A DNA stretch of 64,000 bases. Source: Magallana gigas (lineage: Eukaryota). Positions 36,601-49,217 of this stretch are shown in pieces. The notes beneath the pieces were generated by a model, which saw only the letters and a program-made list of their open reading frames with translations, had not been told where the DNA came from and searched no databases. The stretch lies in contig NC_088855.1 in NCBI RefSeq assembly GCF_963853765.1, forward strand, positions 45,198,001 to 45,262,000. Direction: 5' to 3'. Position 1 is the first letter of the stretch. Every line of letters begins with the position of its first letter. The position numbers and the translations under genes were made by a program.

Positions 36601-39600
36601 CTAGATGTCAATGCCACAGCAAAAGAAATCTCCACCGGACACTTCCCACACTATTTACCTAGAGCTCGCGCAACAGACAAAATGGCATTGACCCTCCAAA
36701 TGCCCCTGACACAAAGAACAAACCCTCCTAAGCGTTCAATCCTAGCTCTCTCGTCCTGTCAAAATAAGATTACATAACTTCAAGGACACAGTAAATATCA
36801 AAGGGAAACAAAGTCTAAAATAAGGATTTGAGTCTTCCTTGTTTTTTTTTTAAATATACATGTATTGCATTTAAATTCTTTCTAAAATTACTTGAGTACA
36901 GCTGGTAAAAATGTCTACTCATCGAAAACTACAAAAAAAATTAAAATAAAGACTTCAATCCTTAGTTTGGACCCTGTTTTCCCATGCTATGTTTCCATGG
37001 TTACCTATTGCCCTTGAAACGGCCAGATTGCCATTGACGCGCCATGTTCCCATGTACAGAACAACTCCACCGAGAGCCTCTATACGACTTTTCTCATCCT
37101 GAAAAATTTCTTGTTTATATTGTTTTTTGAATATGAAAACAGGCACTGTCTGTTACACCTTTAAAGTATCATTTGAGTCCATTACATCAAATATTATCTA
37201 TCAAATTGAGTATCAAAGTCAAACTGAAATGAAATTCATATGCATTCATATAAATAGCAGTAAAATAAACTTCACTTTTGAAAGCCATGAATTTTCAAAG
37301 AGAGTGAATTTATCATTGACAAATTTAATATTTTGATAGATAGAGGAGAAGTATGATTCCAAATCTGTCTACCTGTCTCTCTGGTTTGTGCGGGTTCATG
37401 ATACTCAGCGCATGGCCGTCTCGGACCAGACAGGCCTGCGAGTCTCCCAGCCAGGCCAGATAGAGCATCTTATCCCTAATAAACACAGTCACTCCCGTAC
37501 AGCCACTCTTTATTCCCTATCAAAAAGAATTGTGTAAAAAAGTCTTAGAACAAAAATTAAAAAATGCGAAGGGAGGTAACTTAAATTTCCATGTATCACA
37601 TGCAAGAATATTTTATATATACATGTATGCTTTTGGAATCCATTCATTTGCTGGATTACTGATTTAAATGGTACCAATATCTTTCCTTATTAACTAATTG
37701 CATAGGTACAAACACTAGAAACAAGATATCTTTGAGCCAATGCTCACTCTGATTCCCCCATTCTGATGTGAATATACAAAAAAGCAAAGTCGTCATTTAA
37801 CAGGAAGTTGACATTGATTTTGTTCAATAATGATTCCCACTATAGGGCATGCCTAAACAAAGAGTGTGTTAAATTTCAACCATCTGTAATGAATAATTTA
37901 TGAGAAATCTTTGACAAAAATTTGATGGAAAATTTAGGCTAAAAATAAACAAAGTTGTCATTTAACAGGAAGCTTATGTCTGATTGGTACAAAAATGAAC
38001 CCACCATATGGCATACTTTAACAAAGAGTGTGTTCAAATATTAAGCATCTGCAATTAATAGCTGCTGATAAAAATGCATCCAAAATTTGTTACGGATAGA
38101 CAGACACACAGGTAAAACAGTATAGTGCCCCTCTCCATCAGAGTAGGGTATATCTAAAAATGTTAAAGATGGTAACCAACTATGTATATGGCTACTGCAC
38201 CTCTCTTTGTGCTTTTCTAATGAAGTAATCATCTGTGGCTTTGTAGGAACACTTGAGGGCAGCTTCTGGATCACTGGAGAACTTCTCACAGGTCGGCAGA
38301 TGTATATGTAAGTGATTGGCGGCATATACAGCTGCTTCAATACCAGCATGGCCATCAAACACACTGTAGTAGGACTGCTGGGGATAATCCTGCAAAACAA
38401 CAATGGGTTGTCAAACTCACCATGTGAATTATTGATCTAATTTACATTCACAGATGTACTTTTTTTCTGCCTCCATGTAAATGTTAACAACCAGAAGAAA
38501 GTATATTCAAATGAAATGACTCACTCTTGGAAAAAAAAACCTTTAATTACTTTTCTATATCTTGCACTGTAATTTTTGTCTTTCTCTATCTCTTAATAGT
38601 ATTTAAACTCAAACAGGAATGAAATGTACGTTGGATAATTACGTAGTAACAGAAGTCAGTAACTTTATTCTGTGGGCGTGTGATAGTATTTATGAGGTTG
38701 ACCATTAGTACCTGTACCTTGAGATCAAATAAGGTATTCATGTCTTGGAGCATCACATGCTTGTCCTCCATTTTTCTTCGAGTATTCTTGATTTCATAGT
38801 GGTAGCACTCATGAACCTGAGCTGGAATGGGTATTACTGGCAAGTCTTTATTCCACTTTTGGCACACCTCATCCACCATATCAATGATGTGTTCCATCAG
38901 TGTGGAGGCATCCAGTACTAGGAAATAACAAATATCAACATGTAATATTTTCCCTCAGTCAACATGTAATATCTATTCCTGCATTAATTCCCCATTATAT
39001 GATCTATTCTATTTATTATATGACTGTTGCAGATACACTGTGTCATTGTAGTACATGTACTTTAATATGTTTCCCTACATGATTTTTTTCTCGTTTATAA
39101 CAGAATAATATATACCCATATGAATTTGACATCAAAGGAAAGCAATTAAAATTTCCTTTTTATCACATCTGCAGCTTTTCACTAGTACATTGTAATCACT
39201 TTGCTTTACTGATATATCTACAGAATAATCTTTACAACTACATGTATTAAATGAGGAAAGATAAGAGAGGCAAATTATCTCATAAAACAGAAAAACAAAG
39301 AGCAAGTTGTGTAATCTAATTATGATGGATGTTTTGGTGATTAAGACATGAATGGATCTGAGGAGTCTCTACCAGATTCTGGGCGCTGGATTTCATTACT
39401 GGAGTTCTCCTCCTTGGCTTCCACTTCATTAGAGCCTTCAGGTCTCTCTTCAAACTCTCTGAAGTCAATCTTCTTGGCCTGTTCATATACCTCTCTTGTG
39501 ATAGCTGCCGCTAGTGTGGGAGGGCATTTTCTGAAATGGATGAGAAATTCAAAAAATTTGTTTTTGTGTAAAATCTATCATTGTATTAATTAAATAAAAC

Positions 39601-42600
39601 ATGGAGATATTCGACAAAACTTAAATATGATTGGGAGGGTTCTTTCGACATAAATGCTTTCACCAATTTGTTCACACATTACCAGACAAATATCATAGGA
39701 TTCCCTTTAAATATGAACATATACCCAATATGTACATCCATTAGGGTAATGCATACTCATTCACATACTGGTACATGGACATGCATAACAATGCACATCT
39801 GCATAATATATTAAGCAATCTTAACAATGTTCTTACACTGCAGGGATTGCAAGTAAAGGTAGTTTATTTTCATAACTAAAATACCTGCACTTAAAAGTGT
39901 TTTAAGATGAACACCTTTTTAAAAGCTCTTTTTAAAATGGCATCTATAAAATGTTCTAGTGTAACAGTACCGGTAATTTACATGAGATGTATACATAGAT
40001 ATCATAAATAATTTTGTTGAAAGTTGGAGAAAATCATGGAATACCGAAAACCATAAAGAGAAAACATGGGATAGGTTTGGTAGCCCATTGGTGGAACACT
40101 TTTACTGAGAGACTCTAGTTTAAGCTCCATATGCAGCAGAAATGAGACATCATTACATAAGTGGCAACAGCTGAACTCTTCTTCCACCCATTCAGACAAA
40201 AATTAAGGAAACTCAATAACCATGTGCGTTTCCTTTGCGGAACTAAAAATTCTATTAGTGTTCTTTAAACTGTATAACTACCAAACAAAGAGTAAAATCA
40301 TTGACTCCGATTAACTGTGTTACAGTAGTACTCATGCATGCTTGCCTATGTTTTGTTTGTTAATTAAGTACAGTTGAATGTTATTTTGATTTTTAAAATA
40401 TTCCATTGAAACAGCCATTTTTGGGTCTGTTCATGACTATATTCAAAGCTTAAATAAGAGGACATTTATCTGGGGGAATACTGGTACCTAATATGCCCCC
40501 AAATTCAATATAAACTTCATACCCCCTAAAAAGATCAAGGGTTAATCTCTGATTTGCTATACAAACTTTACTCTGTTCTGATGTATTGCAATCACTAACA
40601 AATGCCTCCTTAACCAAGCTCCAAATATTGAAACCAGATCCATTATGTAAATGGAAAGGTATACAAGGCTCTGAATTTATGGGGAGATAGGTACCTCCAC
40701 TCCCTGCACTTGGTTGTAGTAAACTTTGAGGTCATGCACATCTACACCCCTCAAGAACCAGAGATACAAATATGCTCAGCAGGGGGTATACACAAAGAGC
40801 AGTGGTTTGATTCATGTGTTACTTTGAAGTTGAACAGAATTTATAATTTCTTCACACTTTTATGCAAAAACTTTCACAGTGAGATTCTGGACATCAGATT
40901 TATTTAACCCATTAGTGATTTTCCGTATACTTGTATACGTACTACTGAATGTACATATCCAAAAAAGTTTTGGATGATCCATCAAAAAACATATGCCCTT
41001 GAAATCTATTACTTCAAGATCTCCATGTGCGATAAACATTAGGCATGACTCCAATGCCTTGCTCTCTAATCTTCTTTGAAGAGCTGCTGGTTTGAAAAAA
41101 AAAATCTGAGGTTAGGGTCAAAGGAGTCCTTTATTTTATCTGTATAAACATTGGAAATAATCTACAAAGTAGGTCGGCAGATATGTTCTTGATTAAAACT
41201 TCTGATCCCCTCAGTACATCTCCTACCTCTGCATAATTTGCTCATCCGAAATTTAAACCTTTTTTTCCCTTCATGCTAGGCTATGGTCCAGTGCAGGAGA
41301 ATGAAAATAGCAAATGTCTAACAAATGTCAAAACTTCTGATAGGGAAACTTTCCAAGAGATCTCAATATTTTGTAACAGATAAACATACGGACAGACAAA
41401 AAGATAAAACCTGTTGAGAAGAAACATAAGGAAACTACAGAATAAAACAATATCCTACTTCATTGATTTTACTCACATAGCACAGCCTAGCTTGTAAAAT
41501 GGCTATGACTTTACCAGTACAGGTATTGATTTAGTACCACAGAATGAAAACCATCTCCTCGAACTTAACAATTCAAAATTATTCATTCATGTTTATTGAA
41601 CGATCAGTGATTTTCCTTTCAATTTTTGCAGATAGAACTTGAAGCTAAGGACCTTCTAAAACAAAAAGCAGATGACTTGTTGGAGATGAAAACTGAATTT
41701 ATATGGCTGTTGGTGGATATATTTGGAAACTAATTAATATATTTTATGTTTTTATTAGGTAATTTTTTACACAAATTAACAATTGCATGGTGCTGCATTT
41801 TGCAAGTATTGCATCAAACATAAAGGCCCAAAATAAATTACTACCTTGCTTGCTTATGAATTCAGAATTCAGAATGCTTACGAATCTGAAGTTGCATTTC
41901 TAATTTAAATTTGCAACTTGTTCTTGAAACTAGATTATCAGCATTTTGATCTAAATATATCTCTTAATGAAATTGGAAAGTGTTAAAATCTTTACTGTAA
42001 TACTGTTCCAAAGTCCATTGCACACAATAAGCTGTCTGCATACCTAAGTGTTAAATACATTGCATAAATGTGCACTTCAACTTTATGACATATCCATATC
42101 AAAATATGAAGAGCTTCATTAAATTCGGAAGCATTAACAAATTTTGAATTTGAAATATTCTTGTTTTGATATAGCCATTTTCAAAATGAGCATTAAAATT
42201 GAACCATATAACTTTTTGAACTTTAGGTATTGACTGAATAACTACAAAATTCTTGCTTTGTTATCAAAGTTGGACAATTGATGTAAAAAGCCAGCACTAA
42301 TGCAGCTTCACTACTGCCATATACATGTAAATATGTACCTTGCTTTTCAACTATTAAGAGCACTGACCCTACATATATTTTACAGTCTACACCAGTAAAT
42401 CAGGACAAGCACCTGCCCCGAGCAAGCAAAAAATTATCTACTTCTTGACACAGAAAATTAGTACACCAGCTTGCCAAGCCTTATTTCACTTGACAATTGT
42501 AGACATACTGTATAATTCTCTTCAGATAAATAGTGACTGCAATTTCTTGGCTGTTAATTAAAGCAGAATGGAAATATGTTCAGGTCAATATCAAGGATAT

Positions 42601-44411
42601 AAATAGCAACTGCTGGATTGCTTGTCAAAAGGTGTCTCATATTCCTCTTCCTTTTACGGGGGAAACTGAGTGTAAGGATCTCTAAATACACAGGAAATCC
42701 CCCTTCAAAGTGGCATATCTCTGTACGCTCGTATAATTATGCACAAACAGACTCAGTTTTGTTTGTTTCAAAAACTGCAATGCAATATTTCATTTACAAT
42801 ATATGTATTAATAAAATGCTGATGATTTCAAATGTGACCTTTTCTGAGCTTTAATGTGCCCAAATTAGGAAACAATTTGATATACAAGTTGAATCCTCAG
42901 AAATAGCTCAATGATCAGTAAATGTTCAGTGAAAACAATTAACAAGGTAAATAGTAAAGCTGCTATTATCTTCTTCCTCACCCACCTAGCCCCACAACAG
43001 AATTTTTATATGTGGATACCTAGTGGAGAAAATGAAATGGGAAGTAAGGACAAATAAAATTTGAATTACAATTATTCAATTATACTTATACATCATAATT
43101 TGATAAGTTCAAAATCAATCAGTTAAATATCATAATTTGATAAGTTCAAAATCAATCAATGCAATTTAATGTGTGGTCCAAAGGATTCTCCATCTGACAG
43201 TTCTACACGAGAATGATCGTTACACCTATAGATTTCTGGAATTATTTAAAAGCTGGTCATGGAGTTATTCTAATATTTAATTCTTATTTTAATATCTCAT
43301 CAAACTTGCTCACAATTTGCAAAGACAACTGGTTCTCAAATCATTTGCAAAAGACAGGTTATTTGATCAATTTCATACATACTTATTCTAAAGAGAAGCC
43401 TTAATTTAAGCCTTAACTGCTACTGAGAAGACAACAACTTGGAGTGATAAAGAATACAGATATATATATGTTGAATCTGCAAATCAAAAGACCATGGGGA
43501 CATCCAAGCTATAACACACTGCACCCCACCCTGATAAACATAAAGAAGTATGACGCTATGTGCACGATTCTTTATGTAAAGTGTATTGACGGATATAGCA
43601 GAAAACAGAAGTGTACCTCGATAATCCCACTAGACTGGACCTATACTAAATCTATACATAAACTTTGACCATACTTTGTTTAAAACATGCAGTTGAATAA
43701 ATATTGTTATTTTTTTTTAATTATATTGTTATGGCATGTTCTTCTTCCTTGTTTGAGCCAAATCAACAAATATGTTCTAGGATATCATGTTAACACTCTA
43801 TTTGTAACAGGCAAGAATGTCACCCAATCTCACTAACATCAGAACATTGCATGGTCACCGCATATATAGGGCCTACACTACAAACAAAGGGAATTTATGT
43901 TTGGAGGTACTAATATGCACGGTTCCACTATTATACTTCAATGAAACACTGGATGAATTTTATTATGCTTGCAAATTAAAAGGACATTATTTTCATAGTT
44001 CTCATTCCAATAGCTTCTTATGCAAAAGGACCCTATGACGGATTGAATTTTTTATGAATATTGAGTGGAGTTGAAAATAAACTTATCAGTTCTGCAAGCT
44101 TAACTTCCTACTACAGACCGACTGTTACAAAAAACACCTGTGAAATGACAAGCTCTCCGGGTTACATCTATGCACTTGCACAAAACACAATTGGATCAAA
44201 CTCACTGTAATCCCAAGTAACGCAAACTCCAATCAAAACATTCCCCTTGTAATTCCTCTAGTGTTAAATGACGGTTGGGAGGTCTAAATGGTAAAAAGTC
44301 ACTATCGTCTTCATTGTCGTTGATGCGTTTACAAAATGCTGCCAGGAACCGCTGAAACGATTCTCTGTCATTCGTAAAGGGCTCCTCCATCTCGACTGCT
44401 ATGTTTGTCAT
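33683..44411 (-). CDS. PPM1E: PP2C-family phosphatase PPM1E/PPM1F (POPX/CaMKP) with a long C-terminal tail, about 847 aa
   Basis: Exons 44206-44411 (start could be 44432, 44411 or 44390), 39373-39530, 38718-38917 ([13 protein letters not shown]), 38201-38389 ([10 protein letters not shown]), 37373-37516 (KSGCTG...LAWLGDSQ...PHKPE), 37005-37098 (exon 6a: RIEALGG...[14 protein letters not shown]) or 36659-36755 (exon 6b), and 33683-35235 ([12 protein letters not shown]...STDNITV, then the tail). All phases are compatible. Confidence 0.93.
36659..36755 (-). CDS. PPM1E: Alternative duplicated PPM1E exon 6b (97 nt; [33 protein letters not shown])
   Basis: Acceptor atcttattttgacag and donor CTAG|gtaaat. 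No stop codon, same phases (0 to 1) as exon 6a, and clear protein homology to 6a. Confidence 0.85.
37718..38155 (-). mobile_element. Helentron/HINE-like remnant with two ~165-bp internal units, in PPM1E intron 4
   Basis: gtcatttaacaggaag and aacaaagagtgtgtt each occur twice at ~165-bp spacing. There is a short acggatagacagac microsatellite and a terminal ccc...ggg hairpin-like segment. Confidence 0.5.
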
Positions 44412-44429
44412 GCCATGAATATTATTGTG

Positions 44430-44520
44430 CACATAAATTGTGACGTAGAACTCTTGTGTATTTACCCGGAAGTAAAACAGTGAATGCTTGGCGGGGAAAT
44501 CTAAAAGAACGCACCTGCCG
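44430..44520 (-). promoter_or_regulatory. Putative PPM1E core promoter with an ETS-type motif
   Basis: CCGGAAGT at 44466-44473 and GC-rich ggcggggaaa nearby, immediately upstream of exon 1. Confidence 0.3.
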
Positions 44521-45363
44521 CAGGTTTACCTAAGCGAAACCAGTTGGAATTTCAGCTCTTAAAAAACTAGTAGAAATTAGGTGTAAGGACGAGGGAAGGT
44601 TTCGCCGCCCTATTTTATACACATCAAAGAAAGGAAAGTTTCGGGATAAGTGTTACAAATACACATGATACATATTCATAAAATCTACACTTTTATAATA
44701 AATATACTTATATTGTCTTGATTTATATTGATCCGCCCTATTTGTGAAAAAGCGAACTATTCCTGAATCATCCAGCAACTGCATGTATAACCTTCACCAT
44801 GTTCACAGTCACTAAAACTAGTAAAACTGAAGGTTATATCTTCCCCATCCATCCTAATTCTTTCACTGCTACTATATCATCTCACTCCGATGTTAACTAT
44901 ACGGTAAATATTAGTAAGTTGCATTGATTGTATCTGAACCTAGGCATGGTTCATAATTTTGATCTAGAAATAATATTTTCATGGTTAACTTTTTCTGCAT
45001 TCTTTACATGTATTACTATATATAATTGCTACCGATGCCTTCCATGTAATTACGACGGTATCTAGCAGGACTTGTAAAATTCATATTTATTTTATCAAAG
45101 AACCTGCTATGCAGTTTGTTTTTGTTCTGCAAAGAAATGAAATTCAAACTTTTGATATGTACAAGGTACATGTTTATATATCTAATTTATTTATTATTCC
45201 AACAAAGTCAATCATACCAAGCACACACTTATATGATTTCTTACTCGTTTGTCGCATACATATGTGTAATTCCTATTATTTCTTATCAAATAAATAGCTA
45301 TGTACAAATATATACAATTCAAGTCTTTACAAATGCAATATATCAGTTCTCGGATCTTCACTT

Positions 45364-46892
45364 TCACCATGGCCTCCAGACTCCATTTTCTCCGTTGGAT
45401 CCGCCACTGCTTCCTGATGACGATGATATGGAATATCCAGAATAAGATCTTCTCTCTAGGCTTCCATCAGACGATTCCTCGCTACTGGTAAACAGACGGA
45501 CTCGGAGATCCGGAGATGTGTTTAGATTAATGTCGTATCTTCCAGACATGATCAGTTCTTCGGGGGAGAGGAATCCCTTGGACAGGGACGGGAGACCGAG
45601 GGGTGTAGAGGTCCTGATGGGTTTAGCAGCACTAAATTCGACTGGGGTAGAGGTAAACAGAGGTTTATTGGTGTGGGAGGGGTGGATCCATTCTTTGGGC
45701 GAATCGTGGTCATATGGGGAAAGTTCTTTCAAACCTCTCATCTTCTCACTTCTTGTGGCGGTGTCATCTTCACCAAATACGAACACACGTGATGCAGAGC
45801 CACACATGATGCTGTCCGACTCCATGTAATCGTCTGCTTCGAATTTGACGTCCTTGATGGCTCTCTCGCCGCTGTACCCACACTTGTAGGCAGGGGTCGG
45901 GAAAAGATGACCCGGGTAAAAACTCTGATTAGTGTTGGTACGAACTTCTTGTGGGTTGTCTACAGCTTGTGTTCTTCTGGTGCAACTGAACGGATCAGAC
46001 GGATTTTCTGTGCCCGGTGTAGCAATGCCCCAGTGGTCCACAAAACGTTTACCTAGAATATTGGAATATAAGATGAAAACACATAAAACGTTTGTCATAG
46101 TTTTTATTATTTTCATTACCATAGAATATACTCACAACCAGGATACAAAATAGTCTCACCGAGTCGGCATAGTATGCACGTCGTTGTAACTCTATCATAA
46201 GACGACATAAAGTTATTTACAATTCATCTGATATTTATAACAAAGATATAGAATATGTAAATATCCACTTAGAAAGTATCAACACTTACCGATATTCTGC
46301 TGATGCATCTCAATCAAGTGACCGATCGTCATTTCTAAAATATCAGCCTTCTCCATTTTTGCAAATCGTTTTTCCTGTAAAACAAAAAAATAATCATCAA
46401 CAAAACGTCATGACATTATCATCATACATTTATGAAGACAATATTACTATAAAAAAATTGCACTTTTGAATTGATAGGAATGATTGCTTAAGAAAATGAC
46501 TCACGTCTTTGCCTGTGGCTCTCATCACGATGTTCTTCAACTGGACCAGACATTTGTTGATCCTGTCCCTTCTCCTCTTTTCTGTGACTGGTTTGTTGGC
46601 CTGTATAGAAATAAGAAAATATTTTTTATATATATTCAAAATCAAAGTCTATTTGGTTTCTATTAAGAGACAAGCAGGATAATTACTGAATGGCAATAAG
46701 ATTTGTAAAAATCGTAGACTCTTTGCACGTATATAAGCATCAATTTTAATTAACATCAGTTAGTCTGAATTAATTTATCCACTTTTTTTTTTTTTTTACC
46801 TTTTTGCCGACCATTGGAATTGCACCCTCACGGACAGAAAACTGTTTCAACAGCTTCCCCCCGACAGGTTTTTTAACTTTCTGAGCCTCCAT
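45364..46892 (-). CDS. HES: HES/hairy-family bHLH repressor with C-terminal WRPW, copy A (320 aa)
   Basis: Exons 46800-46892, 46505-46600 (ANKPVTEKRRRDRINKCLVQLK), 46290-46374 (KMEKADILEMTIGHL), 45364-46052 (...GVWRPW*). Proline in the basic region; intron phases 0,0,1 as typical of HES genes. Confidence 0.93.
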
Positions 46893-48453
46893 CGTATACT
46901 TGTAATTATGTTTCGAAATATATTTTATTGGAGAGTGAGAGTTGATTGTGATTTGCATTGACCATGTCTCCGTTATTTATAATACCCAAGAAGTATATTT
47001 CGTTAGTACTAGTACTAGGTGAGAGTACTGTATGCCAGGTGATGTATGTACAGTTTGTTTACCTGTGTGGACTGGGTGACTCATTAAGACATCGACATAA
47101 TAATTACTGTTAATTACTTACCATGTATTGTTTTTATGCTGATTGGGGTACTCATTGATTAATCTTTTGTTTTCACTGTATCTAATTAATGATCATATCG
47201 ATAATCGAGTTTTGATCAGAGAGTAACAGTTTATGATGAGTGTTATTGAGATAAATTATTCTTCTGGTAAATTATTCTTCCTTAACATTTTCCATATATA
47301 CAAATACACAATTTGATTCTCTAATTTACTGATATTTTGAATCAAAGAATCTAATATGCAACGACTTATAGATGAATGGGCAATCGGTCATGGAATTTAT
47401 ACTTGTAATAATGTGGTGTGTTGTTTTTTTATGACACATTTAGTCTGAAATCTCCATTGGGAGGGAATAAATGAAAATTGTGTCATGATTATTGATCGAA
47501 TGCATTACATATTTGATTATTTCTTAAATACATATCACGAACGGTAGATGTCTGAAACAGAGGCAGTGCTAGTGATTGTTGGAGACGGGCGTTAATCAGT
47601 CACAGATAGATCGATCTAATTTCCGACACACAATACATGTAAAGTACATATGTAGGATATGTAAAACGAATATGAATTGAACATCAGTGAAAATATCCAG
47701 ATATATAAATGACATTGTACTTGTGTCCAATATGGTCCAAAAGTACAGGTATCACTGTCTTTTTTTTTTAAGTCTATATGCCAACAAATTAATAAACTAC
47801 TTGCAGTAAAGACCCTATTGTTGGATTTCAAATATCAATATTTAATAGATTATTTTATGCTATCATCTAGCTGTTTATTGTAAAGTAATTAGGAAATGAG
47901 TAAATGAGGCAAAAATGATAACTTGTAATGCGTCCATTAATAACCATATCCATGCGCTATTTAGGAAATCTTTTTGTCGGATTCCTATCTTTTTTATACA
48001 CATGTTAATTATAACATTCATTTAGGTGTAGGTCTATCTCTTTGGGTTTTCCACTCTATTAAAGGTTAAGCACACGATAAATCGAGGAAAGTATATAACA
48101 GAATCTCATTATAATATCAAGTGCAGTGTCTTGTATTCGAAGTGTATGTATGCCCGAAACTGTGTAATACCATTTTTGACCAAACTGTCTAAACTTTTCG
48201 ACCAGGCGACAAAGTTGGATGTTAAAAAATCAATGAACTAACTACGTATTTTTTTAATTTGTCCGTGCTCTATGATTGCAATATTATTTCCCCTTTCTGC
48301 TCAGTTTCATTGGTGTAAATAAATGTACACTGTATTTAAATTTTGTAAGATGTCTTTTCATTGTCCTTCTGTACCATAGTTTTACCATATACATGCTTAA
48401 AACATGGTTCTGTGAATAAATGATCCGATCGATATTCGACATGCATGTTGTTT

Positions 48454-48618
48454 NNNNNNNNNNNNNNNNNNNNNNNNNNNNNNNNNNNNNNNNNNNNNNN
48501 NNNNNNNNNNNNNNNNNNNNNNNNNNNNNNNNNNNNNNNNNNNNNNNNNNNNNNNNNNNNNNNNNNNNNNNNNNNNNNNNNNNNNNNNNNNNNNNNNNNN
48601 NNNNNNNNNNNNNNNNNN
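48454..48618. other. Assembly gap (N run) in the spacer between the two HES copies
   Basis: About 165 consecutive N. Confidence 1.
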
Positions 48619-49217
48619 TACAAATATGAAACTTTAACTATTTATTTTCCGTTGACTAATGATTTTTATTAATATTGTCAATTTCCAATAAAACAAATTC
48701 ACAAAGTATTTTACTGCATTGAACTTCAATTGACTTGCAGTAGGCCTAAGTCTATATTTGTGAATGAACGAAACACACAATACAAAGGAGAATGTCTGTA
48801 AAAGATAATAATATTAAATATATTCATTCAAATTGATTATTGATATTATCACCATAATTGGCTAGTTTTCTTTTCTTTTCTTTCTTTCTGACCAAAACTC
48901 GATTAATGATATGATCATTAATTATGAATACATGTATACAGAGAAAACAACAGATTTATCAATGAGTACCCCAATCAGCATGAAAACAATACATTGTCAC
49001 TAATCAACACTAATTATTATGTCGATGTCTTAATGAGTCACCCAGTCCACACAGGTAAACTAACTGTACATACATCACCTGGCATACAGTACTCTCACCT
49101 AGTACTAACGAAATATACTTCTTGGACAGTATAAGTACTGGAGACATGGTCATTGCAAATCACAATCAACTCTCATTCTCCAATAAAATATATTTCGAAT
49201 ATTATTACAAGTATACG

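Noticed and set aside
40860-41090. Acceptor-like site and short ORFs in PPM1E intron 1
   Set aside because: The phase-compatible frame stops early and there is no homology; no support as an exon.
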